64,000 nucleotides of DNA from Candidatus Latescibacterota bacterium. GTDB lineage: Bacteria; Latescibacterota; UBA2968; UBA8231. The DNA lies in contig CBDETY010000003.1 of the NCBI GenBank assembly GCA_965243025.1, positions 2,112,001 to 2,176,000 of the forward strand, read 5' to 3'. Under the pieces are notes generated by a model. That model ran no database searches and was not told the DNA's origin. It saw only the letters and a program-made list of their open reading frames with translations. Within the stretch, counting starts at the first letter, position 1. The number at the start of each line of letters is the position of its first letter. Positions 39,801 through 48,884 of this stretch are shown here, in pieces. A program made the position numbers and the translations under genes.

Positions 39801-39903
39801 GGCGATCAACCTCGCCAACCGGCAGCACTACTGGACAACCCAGGGCGGCGACATTCTCGGCGACCCGCGCCAGATCCGCTTCGGCGTCGAACTGGGACTC
39901 TAG
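36814..39903 (+). CDS. TonB-dependent receptor with carboxypeptidase-regulatory-like N-domain
   Basis: AGGAGG SD; GKITGTVSDA, plug HIRGSRSDE...GGFNAEYG, C-terminal PRQIRFGVELGL. Confidence 0.92.
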   Translation: MLNPRLFRLLTAAACAALFGADPANAAGGKITGTVSDALTGYALPDANVLLVETEAGAETDTEGRFFFLNVAPGLYTLRVTYVGYRPVTMEGVRVSADLTTDLEFVLGSEAIEVEEVVIQAERPIIDKNATNAVRIVDAEDIEILPGRGLGSVINLQPGVVIDEGVLHIRGSRSDEIGFYVDGTSVRNPVSGGRAVSLIDEALQEIQLQAGGFNAEYGGANAGIILQELRTGAPDWEVGFLTETDNFTSKYEERFGTYSYGYSSQVLTLSGPVAGNRVRAFLAGQRRVQDSVPTYWEGFEFENLADSGDRGGRIHWREDDDGNAIPDTVNLRLQPGNIDHTGSERLTFNGTLLVDLQPFQLRLTSLYSATNGERNLAPVYSMLNTGRLSEWERASSLYNLKAIHFLDPRTFYEVNVSLYSQDRKIFDPHFRDDFLLYNDSLAVAGIDPDFIPYSAQGISLRDLDLNGFPFSRPGDLAAGYGKEEDGYHGVSGSLTRQTDNHEYKVGFDLQRWTSRRYGVGAGGLRFAIKNRYPELDEVYDEYYDGSIDAGELLDAVIAKAETLPDGEGSLEDFASLVRNTSRADYFGYDAFGRRDQGSGLEAPRRPLLASAFFQDKIEYRDLIVNAGLRWDYYDVDSYRFKDPRAPARDDSLYTIDLGSMTKTRTFNEITPRLGFSFPVSDVTVFHVQYGRFSQMPAMRSMFAGGARLALELGGQNFISVPTAFDIEPVRTTQYEIGFERQFTADASFDITGFYRDVKGQLHLQRQDVSAEAVDANAYNFLQNGDFATTKGLEFVFKLRRVNRLRTELNYTLSDARGTGSSINSAVSGVENNTNLPTIISPLDFNETHRGNIFLDYRFADNDGGAILENLGANLLMKFSSGHNFTLFTGSIGQRGPEEGGILAGDDPRSRKPAESINVSSTPWTFEVDFKVDKEVDLFGTGAKVYMYVYNLFNRRNVINVYGRTGNAEDDGFLTNPDLSSQIVEASGGQTYRQLYEAINLANRQHYWTTQGGDILGDPRQIRFGVELGL

Positions 39904-39924
39904 ACGAGGAAGGGGGAGCGACCC

Positions 39925-42900
39925 GTGAAGAAGCTCATCACCTTCGTGGCGGCCGGGGCGCTGCTTGGGGCCACAGACCCCGTGGAAGGCCGCGGCCTTC
40001 AGGCCTACGGGGCGGCCAAGGCCGCCCAGGACGAGACCATATCCGGCCAGCAGACCCTGATCAACGTCAACAACATGTCCATGTGGTTCAAACGCGACGG
40101 CTGGTCCGGGCGCAACCCGCTGAACGACAACTCCGGGGTGACCTTCCCGCGGTCCACGGGGGCGGTCATCTTCCAGGACGGCCTGATCTGGGGAGGCATG
40201 GTCAGGGACGGCGATCCCCAGGAGTTGCGCGTCGGCGGCCAGACCTACGCGATCGGCACCGTTCCCGGCCGCATCCTCAGCAGGGGCGTGGCCGAGGATC
40301 CGGGGGACCCGGGGGTGCGCATCTACCGGATCCGCCGTGATTACCGGACGGCTGATCTGCGCCTCGACGCCTCCGAGGGCCTGGGGGTCGGCCTCAGCTC
40401 GGTGACCGACGGCGACGTCGAGGATTTGCGGGCCCAGTACGAGCGCGACTGGCGCGAGTGGCCCTGGGAGAAGGGGGCGCCGTACTACGACAACGACGGC
40501 GACGGCTCCTACGACCCGGACGTCGACGAACCCGGGGTGGCCGGAGCCGACCAGGTGGCCTGGTTCGTCGTCAACGACCTCGACGAGGGGGCCACCCAGG
40601 CCCTCTACGGCTCAAATCCGATCGGGCTGGAAGTGCAGATGCTGTTCTGGGCCTATGCCCGCACCGACGCCCTCGGCGACGTGATCTTCAAGAAGTACAC
40701 CGTCATCTACAAGGGGGCCAGCGCCACCCCGGACACGGCCCGCATCGAGGATATGTACTTCGCCCAGTGGTCGGACCCCGACCTCGGCGACTACGGCGAC
40801 GACTTCGCAGGGGCCGACGTCGGCCTGAGCCTGGGGTACGTGTACAACTCCACCGACCACGATCACACCTACGACTTCTTCGGGCTGGCGCCGCCGGCGG
40901 TGGGGTACGACTTCCTTCAAGGCCCCGTGGTGCCGGTTTATCTCAAGGACGACAATGGAGATACCCTGCTCGACGAAGATGGGAACCCCGTTCTCGACGG
41001 GAGTTCCGAGGCGATCTTCAACTTTGGACTGCGGCCCGGGTTCCGCAACCTGCCCATGACGTCGTTCGTGTATTTCGCCGCAGGTTCGGCGATCAGCGAC
41101 CCGGAACTTGGAGACTACATCGGCACCCAGCAGTGGTACAACCTGCTGCGCGGTTTTCAGCCGCAGCCGGATATCGACAACCCGGTGCCCTACACCAACC
41201 CCCTGACCGGCGAGGCCACCTTCTTCACCCTCGACGGCGATCCGACCACCGCCCAGGGCTGGAACGACGGCGTCCCACTGCCCTCGGGCGACCGGCGCAT
41301 CGTGCTGAATACCGGGCCTTTCGAGATGGCCCTGGGAGATACGCAGGAAGTCGTGGTCGCCCTGCTGGGGGGCATCTCCACCGACCGCCTGCGCAGCGTC
41401 TCCAAGCTCAAGTTCAGCGACCAGTTCGTGCAGGACGCGTACAACAGCTTCTTCGAGGTGCCCTCGCCGCCGGTGGGGCCGGACGTGCGGGTCACCGAGC
41501 TGGAGGCCAGGGTCCTGCTCGACTGGGGCTGGAACGAGGATGCGATCGCGCAGACAGAAGCAGACGACGGGTCGGGTTTCCTCTTCGAGGGGTACAACCT
41601 CTACCAGCTGCCCTCGGCCGAGGCTCCCCTCGGCCAGGGGACGCGCCTTGCCACCTACGACCTGGAGAACGGGGTCGCGTCGATTCTCGGAATCGCTCTC
41701 GACGACGAGTCGGGGGTCATCCTCGACGTCCCTCTGCAGATCGGGGCCGATTTCGGCGTCCGGCGCAGGGTGTGGGTGACCCACGACGCCCTGCGCGGAG
41801 GCCCCCTGGTCAACGGTCAGGAGTACTACTTCGCAGTCACCGCATACAACCGCAACACCGCCGAAGAGGCCGCGGTGACCACCCTGGAGAGCAGCCCCAG
41901 GACGCTCATCTGCGTGCCCCGGAAGCCGCCGCCGGGAACCCGCTACGGGACCGAGGCGGATGACAGCATACCGGTCGACCACCTCGGAGGCAGCGAGGGA
42001 ACGGTGCTGGTCAAAGTCGTGGACCCGACCCGTACTACCGGGGATTCCTACCAGGTGGAGTTCGGGGAAATGGAAGGGACCGTGGTCTGGAACCTGGTCA
42101 ACACGACCTCGGGCGAGGCGGTCCTGGAGAATCAGACCGACCAGACGGGCATGTCCAACTACATGCCCGATGACGGCTTCGAATTCATGGTCTCCGGTCC
42201 CCCGCTCGCCATCAAGGGCTGGACCTGGATGCGGGACGGAGAGCCGAATGACGATGACCGCTGGCTCACCGGGGTCAACTGGGGAGGGGGCTCCTTTTTC
42301 GGTGGCGTGGACCTCGGGGCGTATTTCTTCGGCAGCTCCATCGTCACGGGGGCCGAGTTCATCGCCATAGAAATCCGCTTCAGCAACACCGATACCCAGA
42401 AAGCCTACCGGTATCTCAGAGGGGGAGACCCCAACTACGGGTTCCAGGACTTCGTCGAGGTTCCATTCACGGTATGGGATATCGACAGCGATCCCCCGCG
42501 GCAACTGAACGCCGCCTTCGTGGAGAACAGCGGTTCCACCTCGGAAGACGGCACCTGGCTCCCCGCCGATACAGAGGAGGACCGACCCCTGGGAGGGCGC
42601 GAGTACCTCTTCATTCTGAACAGCGACTACAGCGACCAGTCCCTTGCCCAGTACTCGGAGGGCAAGAGCATACTGGCCGACGCCGAAACCTTCGATGTTC
42701 TCTACGCCGGGTGGCTGAAACTGGCCGACGGGCACGAGAGCTCCGAACTGACCGACGGCCAGGCTTTGCGCCTCACCCCTTACCGCGTCAACACCCCGGA
42801 GGACATCTTCAGCTTCCAGGTGCCCGGAACCTCGTTCGATTCCGAGTTGCAGAAGGAGGACGTCGCCCTGATCAACGTCTTCCCCAACCCCTACTACGGC

Positions 42901-43179
42901 GTCAACGAGGCCGAGACCTCCCCCTACAACCACTTCGTGACCTTCAGCCACCTGCCGCGGAGAGCGACCATCCGGCTGTACGACCTGGCCGGCAACCTCG
43001 TGCGCGCGCTGGAGAAGAGCGATCCCGACCCCTTCCTGCGCTGGGATCTCAACAACCACAACGGCCTGCCGGTGGCCAGCGGCATCTACCTCGCCCACAT
43101 AGAACTGCCGGATGTCGGCAGGAACCGTGTCCTGAGGGTGGTGATCCTTCAGGAACAGCAGTTCCTGGAAAGCTACTGA
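39925..43179 (+). CDS. Large acidic secreted protein with T9SS-like C-terminal domain
   Basis: Signal peptide; DNDGDG Ca-binding-like loop; FN3-like YYFAVTAY; tail INVFPNPY...IRLYDLAGNLVR...WDL...VASGIY. Confidence 0.85.
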   Translation: MKKLITFVAAGALLGATDPVEGRGLQAYGAAKAAQDETISGQQTLINVNNMSMWFKRDGWSGRNPLNDNSGVTFPRSTGAVIFQDGLIWGGMVRDGDPQELRVGGQTYAIGTVPGRILSRGVAEDPGDPGVRIYRIRRDYRTADLRLDASEGLGVGLSSVTDGDVEDLRAQYERDWREWPWEKGAPYYDNDGDGSYDPDVDEPGVAGADQVAWFVVNDLDEGATQALYGSNPIGLEVQMLFWAYARTDALGDVIFKKYTVIYKGASATPDTARIEDMYFAQWSDPDLGDYGDDFAGADVGLSLGYVYNSTDHDHTYDFFGLAPPAVGYDFLQGPVVPVYLKDDNGDTLLDEDGNPVLDGSSEAIFNFGLRPGFRNLPMTSFVYFAAGSAISDPELGDYIGTQQWYNLLRGFQPQPDIDNPVPYTNPLTGEATFFTLDGDPTTAQGWNDGVPLPSGDRRIVLNTGPFEMALGDTQEVVVALLGGISTDRLRSVSKLKFSDQFVQDAYNSFFEVPSPPVGPDVRVTELEARVLLDWGWNEDAIAQTEADDGSGFLFEGYNLYQLPSAEAPLGQGTRLATYDLENGVASILGIALDDESGVILDVPLQIGADFGVRRRVWVTHDALRGGPLVNGQEYYFAVTAYNRNTAEEAAVTTLESSPRTLICVPRKPPPGTRYGTEADDSIPVDHLGGSEGTVLVKVVDPTRTTGDSYQVEFGEMEGTVVWNLVNTTSGEAVLENQTDQTGMSNYMPDDGFEFMVSGPPLAIKGWTWMRDGEPNDDDRWLTGVNWGGGSFFGGVDLGAYFFGSSIVTGAEFIAIEIRFSNTDTQKAYRYLRGGDPNYGFQDFVEVPFTVWDIDSDPPRQLNAAFVENSGSTSEDGTWLPADTEEDRPLGGREYLFILNSDYSDQSLAQYSEGKSILADAETFDVLYAGWLKLADGHESSELTDGQALRLTPYRVNTPEDIFSFQVPGTSFDSELQKEDVALINVFPNPYYGVNEAETSPYNHFVTFSHLPRRATIRLYDLAGNLVRALEKSDPDPFLRWDLNNHNGLPVASGIYLAHIELPDVGRNRVLRVVILQEQQFLESY

Positions 43180-43186
43180 GCGGAAA

Positions 43187-44245
43187 ATGTCGAACAGGAG
43201 ACCTGTCATGATTCGGATCGACCAACGCGTCCGGTTCCTTCTGCTGGCCTGTCTCTTTCTGGGCTGCGTGCAGGCGCACGCAGCGGGTCGCGACCGCATC
43301 GGCACCGCGGCCGCGCCGGAGCTGCTGATTCCGGTGGGGGCCCGCGACATGGGCCTGGGGGGCGCTTCCATCGCCACGACCTCCGGAGTGGAAGCCCTGC
43401 ACTGGAATCCCGCGGGACTGTGCCGTTCGGCGAACGACGTCGACCTGATGGTGTCGACCATGGATTACATCGCCGGAATTCAGGTCAACTACGCCGCGGT
43501 GGGCAGCCTCTTCCCCTCGATCGGCAGCCTCGCCCTGAGCATCAAGTCGCTGGACATCGGGGACATTCCGATCACCACCGAGACCCAGCCGGACGGTACG
43601 GGGGCCACCTTCAAGCCGACCTTCATGACCCTGGGGGTCCACTTCGGACGCGCCCTGACCGACCGCATCGGCGTCGGCGGGACCGTGCACTACGTGACCA
43701 ACCGGATCGAGCGCGCCCAGGCGACGGGCATGTCCTTCAGCGCCGGGCTGCAGTATTCCGACCTCGGCGGCATCGAAGGGCTGGACCTCGGCGTGGCCCT
43801 CAAGCACATCGGCCAGCGGCAGAGTTACGAAGGTCCGGCGCTGCTGAACCGGGGAGATATAGGTTCCCTGCGACGCGGCCCTTCCTTCTACAGCGTCCAG
43901 GCGAGCTCGGCCGACCTGCCTTCGACCTTCGAGCTGGGTCTGGCCTGGAACTACCCGGTGACGTCGATGGGAGAGCTGAATCTCAGCTCCGTCTTCGAGC
44001 ACCAGAACTACAGCTACGACCAGTACAAGCTGGGAGTTGAGTACGTGCTCAACGGCTTCCTGGCCCTGCGCGGCGGCTTCGACTACGCCGCCGGCGCCGA
44101 GGACGACTCCTACCTGTTCGGCAACAGCTTCGGACTGGGGCTGAGCCTGCCCGGCGGCAAGACCCGCTCCCGGCTCGACTACGCCTACGGCAGCGTCGAC
44201 CGCTTCGACGCGCTCCACACCTTCACCTTGCAGGTCGGCTTCTGA
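43187..44245 (+). CDS. PorV/PorQ-family outer-membrane beta-barrel protein
   Basis: ELLIPVGARDMGLG, HWNPAGL, LPSTFELG, LALRGG, terminal Phe; alternative start ATG 43208. Confidence 0.85.
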   Translation: MSNRRPVMIRIDQRVRFLLLACLFLGCVQAHAAGRDRIGTAAAPELLIPVGARDMGLGGASIATTSGVEALHWNPAGLCRSANDVDLMVSTMDYIAGIQVNYAAVGSLFPSIGSLALSIKSLDIGDIPITTETQPDGTGATFKPTFMTLGVHFGRALTDRIGVGGTVHYVTNRIERAQATGMSFSAGLQYSDLGGIEGLDLGVALKHIGQRQSYEGPALLNRGDIGSLRRGPSFYSVQASSADLPSTFELGLAWNYPVTSMGELNLSSVFEHQNYSYDQYKLGVEYVLNGFLALRGGFDYAAGAEDDSYLFGNSFGLGLSLPGGKTRSRLDYAYGSVDRFDALHTFTLQVGF

Positions 44246-44255
44246 AGCAACGCCG

Positions 44256-44273
44256 CAAGGTCAGCTGACCTTG
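44256..44273. repeat. Perfect 18-bp palindrome in intergenic region
   Basis: CAAGGTCAG|CTGACCTTG. Confidence 0.7.
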
Positions 44274-44394
44274 TGCGAGGTTGCGCGTACTTTGTGCGCC
44301 GAAGTCTGACTCCGCACCGGACAGGCGCTTCACCGGTTGTCGGATGGAGCGCCTGTCGCTTTCCGCCCATCCCGCTCACAAGCGAGATTCCGCG

Positions 44395-47300
44395 ATGAAG
44401 GTTCCGCGACCGGGCATTCTGTGCCTCGTCACCCTGTTCTGGACCCTCCTGCCCGGGACCCTCGAGGCCCAGTCGCAGGCGACCACCGGGGTCATCCGCG
44501 GTTCCGTCCGGGACCAGTTCGACAACCCCGTGGCCGCGGCCGCGGTCGCGCTCAGGGAGACCCGGACCAACTACGAGCGCACCCTTACCTCGTCGGATCT
44601 CGGGCTCTTCACCGCGGCCCTGCTCCCTCTCGGCAGCTACGACGTGACGGTGCGGGCTCCGGGGTGGAGCGAGGTGCGGCAGACCGGGGTTCAGGTACGG
44701 GTCGGGGAGACCGTCGAGCTCGCGGTCCGGCTGGTTCCGCGAATGGAGGAGATCGTCGTCGAGGCCGACCTGCCCGCGGTGGACGTTACCCGGAGCGAGG
44801 CGGCCACGCGGCTGCCGGAAGAGGCGGTGCGCGACCTGCCCAACAACGGCCGCAGCTTCCTCAACCTGACCCTGCTGACCCCGGGGGTTGCAATCGTTCA
44901 GGGACCCGACGGGGACGAGTTGAGCATCGCCGGGCAGCGGGGCATCCACAACAACATCTCCGTGGACGGGGCCGACTTCAACAACCCCTTCTTCGGCGAG
45001 CAGCGGGGCGGCCAGCGCCCGGCCTTCACCTTCAATCTCGACGCGGTCGAGGAGATGGTGGTGGTGCCCCAGGGTGCCAACGCCGAGTTCGGCCGCTCCA
45101 GCGGCGGCTTCGTCAACGTCATCACCAAGTCGGGCAGCAACCAGCTGCACGGCTCGCTGCATTTCTTCGGCAAGAACGGGGCCCTGTCCGGCACCGCGAG
45201 GCACGACGGGTTGCGGCGCGAGCCGGATTTCAGCCAGGGGCAGGCCGGCTTCACCCTGGGCGGCCCTTTGCTGAAGGACCGGGTCTTCTTTTTCACGGCC
45301 TACGATCAGCAGCTGCTCAGAGACACCCGGCAGCAGGAGAAAGAGCGCATCGACGGCCGGCTGCGCGCCTTCATGGACACGCAGTTCGACGGGGCCCTGG
45401 CCGGCGACTACGGCCCCATCGACCGCAGCGACGACGCCCGCGCCTTCCTCGCCAGGATCGATTGGCGCCTGTCGGAGGATCAGTCGGCCACCTTCAAGTA
45501 CAACTACACCTGGTCGGAGCAGGAGAACGGCACCTTCGACGTCGATTCCTGGGCGCGCAGCGCCAACGCCGTCGAAAGGGACTGGTCGCACGCCTTCAAC
45601 GGCAGCCTGCTGTCGCTGCTCTCCTCTACGGCGACCAACGAGCTGCGCTTCCAGGTTTCGCGCGAGGACCGCCCGCGCCCCTACAGGGGGCCCCTCAATC
45701 CCCGAACCGGGCGGCCCTTCCCCGACACGGCCATGGATTTCGACCGCGGCTACCGCTTCGGCATGCCCTACTTCATACCGGTCGAGTACTACGACACCCG
45801 CATCCAGCTCCTCGACAACATCTCCGTTGCCAGGGGGGATCACCTGATCAAGGCCGGCATCGAGTGGAACCGGGTGGAATCGGTCCAGACCTTCATCGGT
45901 TTCGCCAACGGCCGCTACATCTTCAGCTCGACCGAGGGTTTCCTCAACTTCGTCGAACAGGGGGACGGCTACGTCGAGTGCTCCGACGGCAGCACCGCCG
46001 GCACCGGGGCCTGCCCCGACGGGACGGAGATCGCCGGGCCGGTCCTGGTTTACCTGCAGCAGGCAGGCGCCGGGGGGCTGACCGTGGAAGAAGCCGGCAC
46101 CCAGGAAATCCCCCAGCACGAGCTGGCCCTTTTCGTTCAGGACAGCTGGAAACCTTCGGACAGGCTCACCCTCAACTACGGCATGCGCTGGGAAGCGCAG
46201 ATCCAGCCGGATGTCATCACCGATCCGGAGGAGGTGTTTTTCGCCGGTTTCATCGGCCGCACGGTCAGCAACGAAACGGGCACGTACGAGTTCCCCTCCA
46301 ACGGCGGGATCCCCTCCGACCGGGGCATGCTCCAGCCGCGCCTGGGGGTGGCGTGGGATCTGCACGGGGACGGCAGGACCCTGCTGCGCGGCAGCGCCGG
46401 TATCTACCACGCCCGCATCCCCGGCCTCAACCTCGCCAGCTCGCGCTCGACCAACGGCTCCCGCGGCCAGACGATCTTCCGCTCGAGCGCCCTGACGCCG
46501 GTTCTCGGGGCGCCCCCTGCCTACGGAGAGCTGTTGCCCTCTCCGGCGGGCGATCCCTTCCGGCCCAACATCTTCGTCTTCGACCAGGATTTCGAGAACC
46601 CGCGGACCATCAGTCTGAACGCGGGGATCGAACGGGAGCTGCATCCATCGGGGCTGGTCGGTTCCCTCGGGTACACCTGGTCCCGGACCGACCGCCTGAC
46701 GCGCTTCGTCAACCGCAACGACGCGGTCTTCGGCTCCCCGTGGTCGACCGGCCTGGGGGCGGACGGCGGCAACGGCATCGGCGACCTGACCGTGGTCGAG
46801 AGCACCGCCGAGTCCCGCTACCACGGCGTGGATTTCGGCCTGCGTCAGATGCTGCGGAAGGACCTGCAGTTCCAGGTCAACTACACCCTGTCGTGGGACC
46901 GGTCGGACGACGACAACGAGCGCGACCCCTTCACCTTCCGCTACGTCGACGCGACCCGGCTCGACCGCGAGTGGGGCTGGTCGGACCGCGACCAGCGCCA
47001 CCGCTTCAACGCCTGGGCCCTGGCGGGGCTGCCCGGCGGGTTCCTGCTCAACAACCGCCTGAGCTGGTACTCGGCGCAGCCGGTCTCCGAATCCTGCGGC
47101 GCCGGCAACCGGGGCACCGGGCATCCGGCGGTCAACCCCTGGGGCGCCCTCTCCGACCGCATTTGCGGCGACGGCAGCATCCTCCGGCGCAACTCCCTGC
47201 GCAAGGAGAACGAGTTCTTCTCGTGGGACCTGCGCCTGTCGCGGCCCATTCCGATGGGCCCCGGCAGGCTGGAGGCCATCGTCGAGGTCTTCAACCTGCT

Positions 47301-47421
47301 CAACACCGACAATTTCCGCGATCCGGCCAGCGGGGGCCTGCTGTTCAATTTCGACGGCACCGTGCAGTCCGGCCTCGGCGATCCGCGCGAGGTGCAGATC
47401 GGCTTCCGCTACGTCTATTGA
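44395..47421 (+). CDS. TonB-dependent receptor (Oar-like)
   Basis: Signal peptide ending AQSQ; LPNNGRSFLNL, NISVDGAD, AEFGRSSGG.VNVITKSG, PREVQIGFRYVY. Confidence 0.92.
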   Translation: MKVPRPGILCLVTLFWTLLPGTLEAQSQATTGVIRGSVRDQFDNPVAAAAVALRETRTNYERTLTSSDLGLFTAALLPLGSYDVTVRAPGWSEVRQTGVQVRVGETVELAVRLVPRMEEIVVEADLPAVDVTRSEAATRLPEEAVRDLPNNGRSFLNLTLLTPGVAIVQGPDGDELSIAGQRGIHNNISVDGADFNNPFFGEQRGGQRPAFTFNLDAVEEMVVVPQGANAEFGRSSGGFVNVITKSGSNQLHGSLHFFGKNGALSGTARHDGLRREPDFSQGQAGFTLGGPLLKDRVFFFTAYDQQLLRDTRQQEKERIDGRLRAFMDTQFDGALAGDYGPIDRSDDARAFLARIDWRLSEDQSATFKYNYTWSEQENGTFDVDSWARSANAVERDWSHAFNGSLLSLLSSTATNELRFQVSREDRPRPYRGPLNPRTGRPFPDTAMDFDRGYRFGMPYFIPVEYYDTRIQLLDNISVARGDHLIKAGIEWNRVESVQTFIGFANGRYIFSSTEGFLNFVEQGDGYVECSDGSTAGTGACPDGTEIAGPVLVYLQQAGAGGLTVEEAGTQEIPQHELALFVQDSWKPSDRLTLNYGMRWEAQIQPDVITDPEEVFFAGFIGRTVSNETGTYEFPSNGGIPSDRGMLQPRLGVAWDLHGDGRTLLRGSAGIYHARIPGLNLASSRSTNGSRGQTIFRSSALTPVLGAPPAYGELLPSPAGDPFRPNIFVFDQDFENPRTISLNAGIERELHPSGLVGSLGYTWSRTDRLTRFVNRNDAVFGSPWSTGLGADGGNGIGDLTVVESTAESRYHGVDFGLRQMLRKDLQFQVNYTLSWDRSDDDNERDPFTFRYVDATRLDREWGWSDRDQRHRFNAWALAGLPGGFLLNNRLSWYSAQPVSESCGAGNRGTGHPAVNPWGALSDRICGDGSILRRNSLRKENEFFSWDLRLSRPIPMGPGRLEAIVEVFNLLNTDNFRDPASGGLLFNFDGTVQSGLGDPREVQIGFRYVY

Positions 47422-47684
47422 ATTCGCTGCTGCTTCCCGACTTTCTGCGTGGCCGGGGTCCTTCTGCAAGCCGGCTGCGCGCCCCGCCTCAGACCGCCGC
47501 AGCAATCAGGCGGTTAACCGGCCGCTTGCCCGCAAAGAGATGCCCCGCTTATTCCCGGGGGTCGGTCCAGCGCCGATGACTTTCTTTGTAAATTGGTTAC
47601 GGTTACCGCCCGGTTCGATTACCTCACTGTGAATCCACCCCCCCGGCATCCGGAGCGAATGAGCATCCCTCGAGGAAATCCCGC

Positions 47685-48842
47685 ATGAACGCCCCCGGCC
47701 AGGAACAGCGGATTCAGACCGTCTGCCTGCTCCTTCTGACCATCGTCGCCGTGGCCGCGGCGCTCTTCTGGCTGCGCTCGGTCATGGTTCCCTTCGTGTT
47801 CGCCGTCCTCATCGCTTTCGGCCTGTCCCCCCTGATCAACCTGCAGGTGCGGCATCTCCGCTTCCCCCGGGCCCTGGCCATACTCGCCACCCTGGTTGCC
47901 GGATTCCTGATCCTCGTTCTGTTAGGGGTGCTGGTCTCGACGTCGGTCGGACAGCTGGCCGCGAAGGCGGACGACTACCTGCAGAGGCTGGTGCAGCTTC
48001 TCGACGTAGTCGTGGCGGCGATGCCCGGGCACCTCGAGGACGAGGCGAGGCGGGCGGTCGATTCGCTGTCGGACATCTCCCTGTCCACGGCCGGCACCAT
48101 TCTCGTCACGGTCACCAACGAGCTTCTCAGTCTGCTGTCGAGGGGCCTTCTGGTAATGATCTTCGTCGGCTTCATGCTCGCCGGAGGCTCGGAACTCGAG
48201 CGGACGCGAAACCAGTTCTGGAAAGAGGTCCAGTCACGCATTCAGCGCTACATCATCGTCAAGTCGCTGGTGTCCGCCCTGACCGGGGGGCTCGTCGGCA
48301 TCATTCTGGCAGTTCTCGGCATCGATCTCGCCCTGGTCTTCGGGGTATTCGCGTTTCTCCTGAACTTCATCCCGAGCGTCGGTTCGATCATCGCCACCCT
48401 CCTGCCCCTGCCGGTGCTGATCGTCAGCCCCGACCTCTCCCTGACGACCTGCGTGCTCGCCATTCTCCTGCCGATGACGGTGCAGTTCATCGTCGGCAAC
48501 ATCGTCGACCCGAAGCTGATGGGAAAGACTCTCGACCTGCATCCGGTCGCGCTGCTGCTGGCACTGATCGTCTGGGGGACCATCTGGGGGGTCGTCGGAA
48601 TGCTTCTCGCCGCCCCGATTACGGCGATTCTCAAGTTCATCTTCGAACGGATGGAGGTCACGGCGCCGCTTGCCGAGCTGCTTGCCGGGCGGCTGGCCGG
48701 CCGACCGACCGAGGAGGAGGATGGCCCGGCAGAAGAAACCGGGCACCATGAGGCGGAAGAAGCCGCTGCCCCCGAGGAGGGGGAAGAGGTGGAAAGCACT
48801 TCCGAAGGACAGCGATGCCCGGCGGACGGGAAGCCCGATTGA
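47685..48842 (+). CDS. AI-2E (TqsA/PerM) family transporter
   Basis: Multi-TM; LLNFIPSVG, PKLMG..LDLHP, GMLLAAP; acidic tail. Confidence 0.9.
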   Translation: MNAPGQEQRIQTVCLLLLTIVAVAAALFWLRSVMVPFVFAVLIAFGLSPLINLQVRHLRFPRALAILATLVAGFLILVLLGVLVSTSVGQLAAKADDYLQRLVQLLDVVVAAMPGHLEDEARRAVDSLSDISLSTAGTILVTVTNELLSLLSRGLLVMIFVGFMLAGGSELERTRNQFWKEVQSRIQRYIIVKSLVSALTGGLVGIILAVLGIDLALVFGVFAFLLNFIPSVGSIIATLLPLPVLIVSPDLSLTTCVLAILLPMTVQFIVGNIVDPKLMGKTLDLHPVALLLALIVWGTIWGVVGMLLAAPITAILKFIFERMEVTAPLAELLAGRLAGRPTEEEDGPAEETGHHEAEEAAAPEEGEEVESTSEGQRCPADGKPD

Positions 48843-48884
48843 GGGCTGCCTGAGGGGACTTCGGCGCGCCGGCTTCGGTGTTCC

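Noticed and set aside
40612-47579. Very long antisense or alternate-frame ORFs (e.g. 40612-43461 -, 44185-47505 -, 44337-47579 +) and many similar ones across the window
   Set aside because: Shadow ORFs expected from high GC3. They overlap well-supported genes and have Arg/Gly/Pro-rich, motif-free translations.
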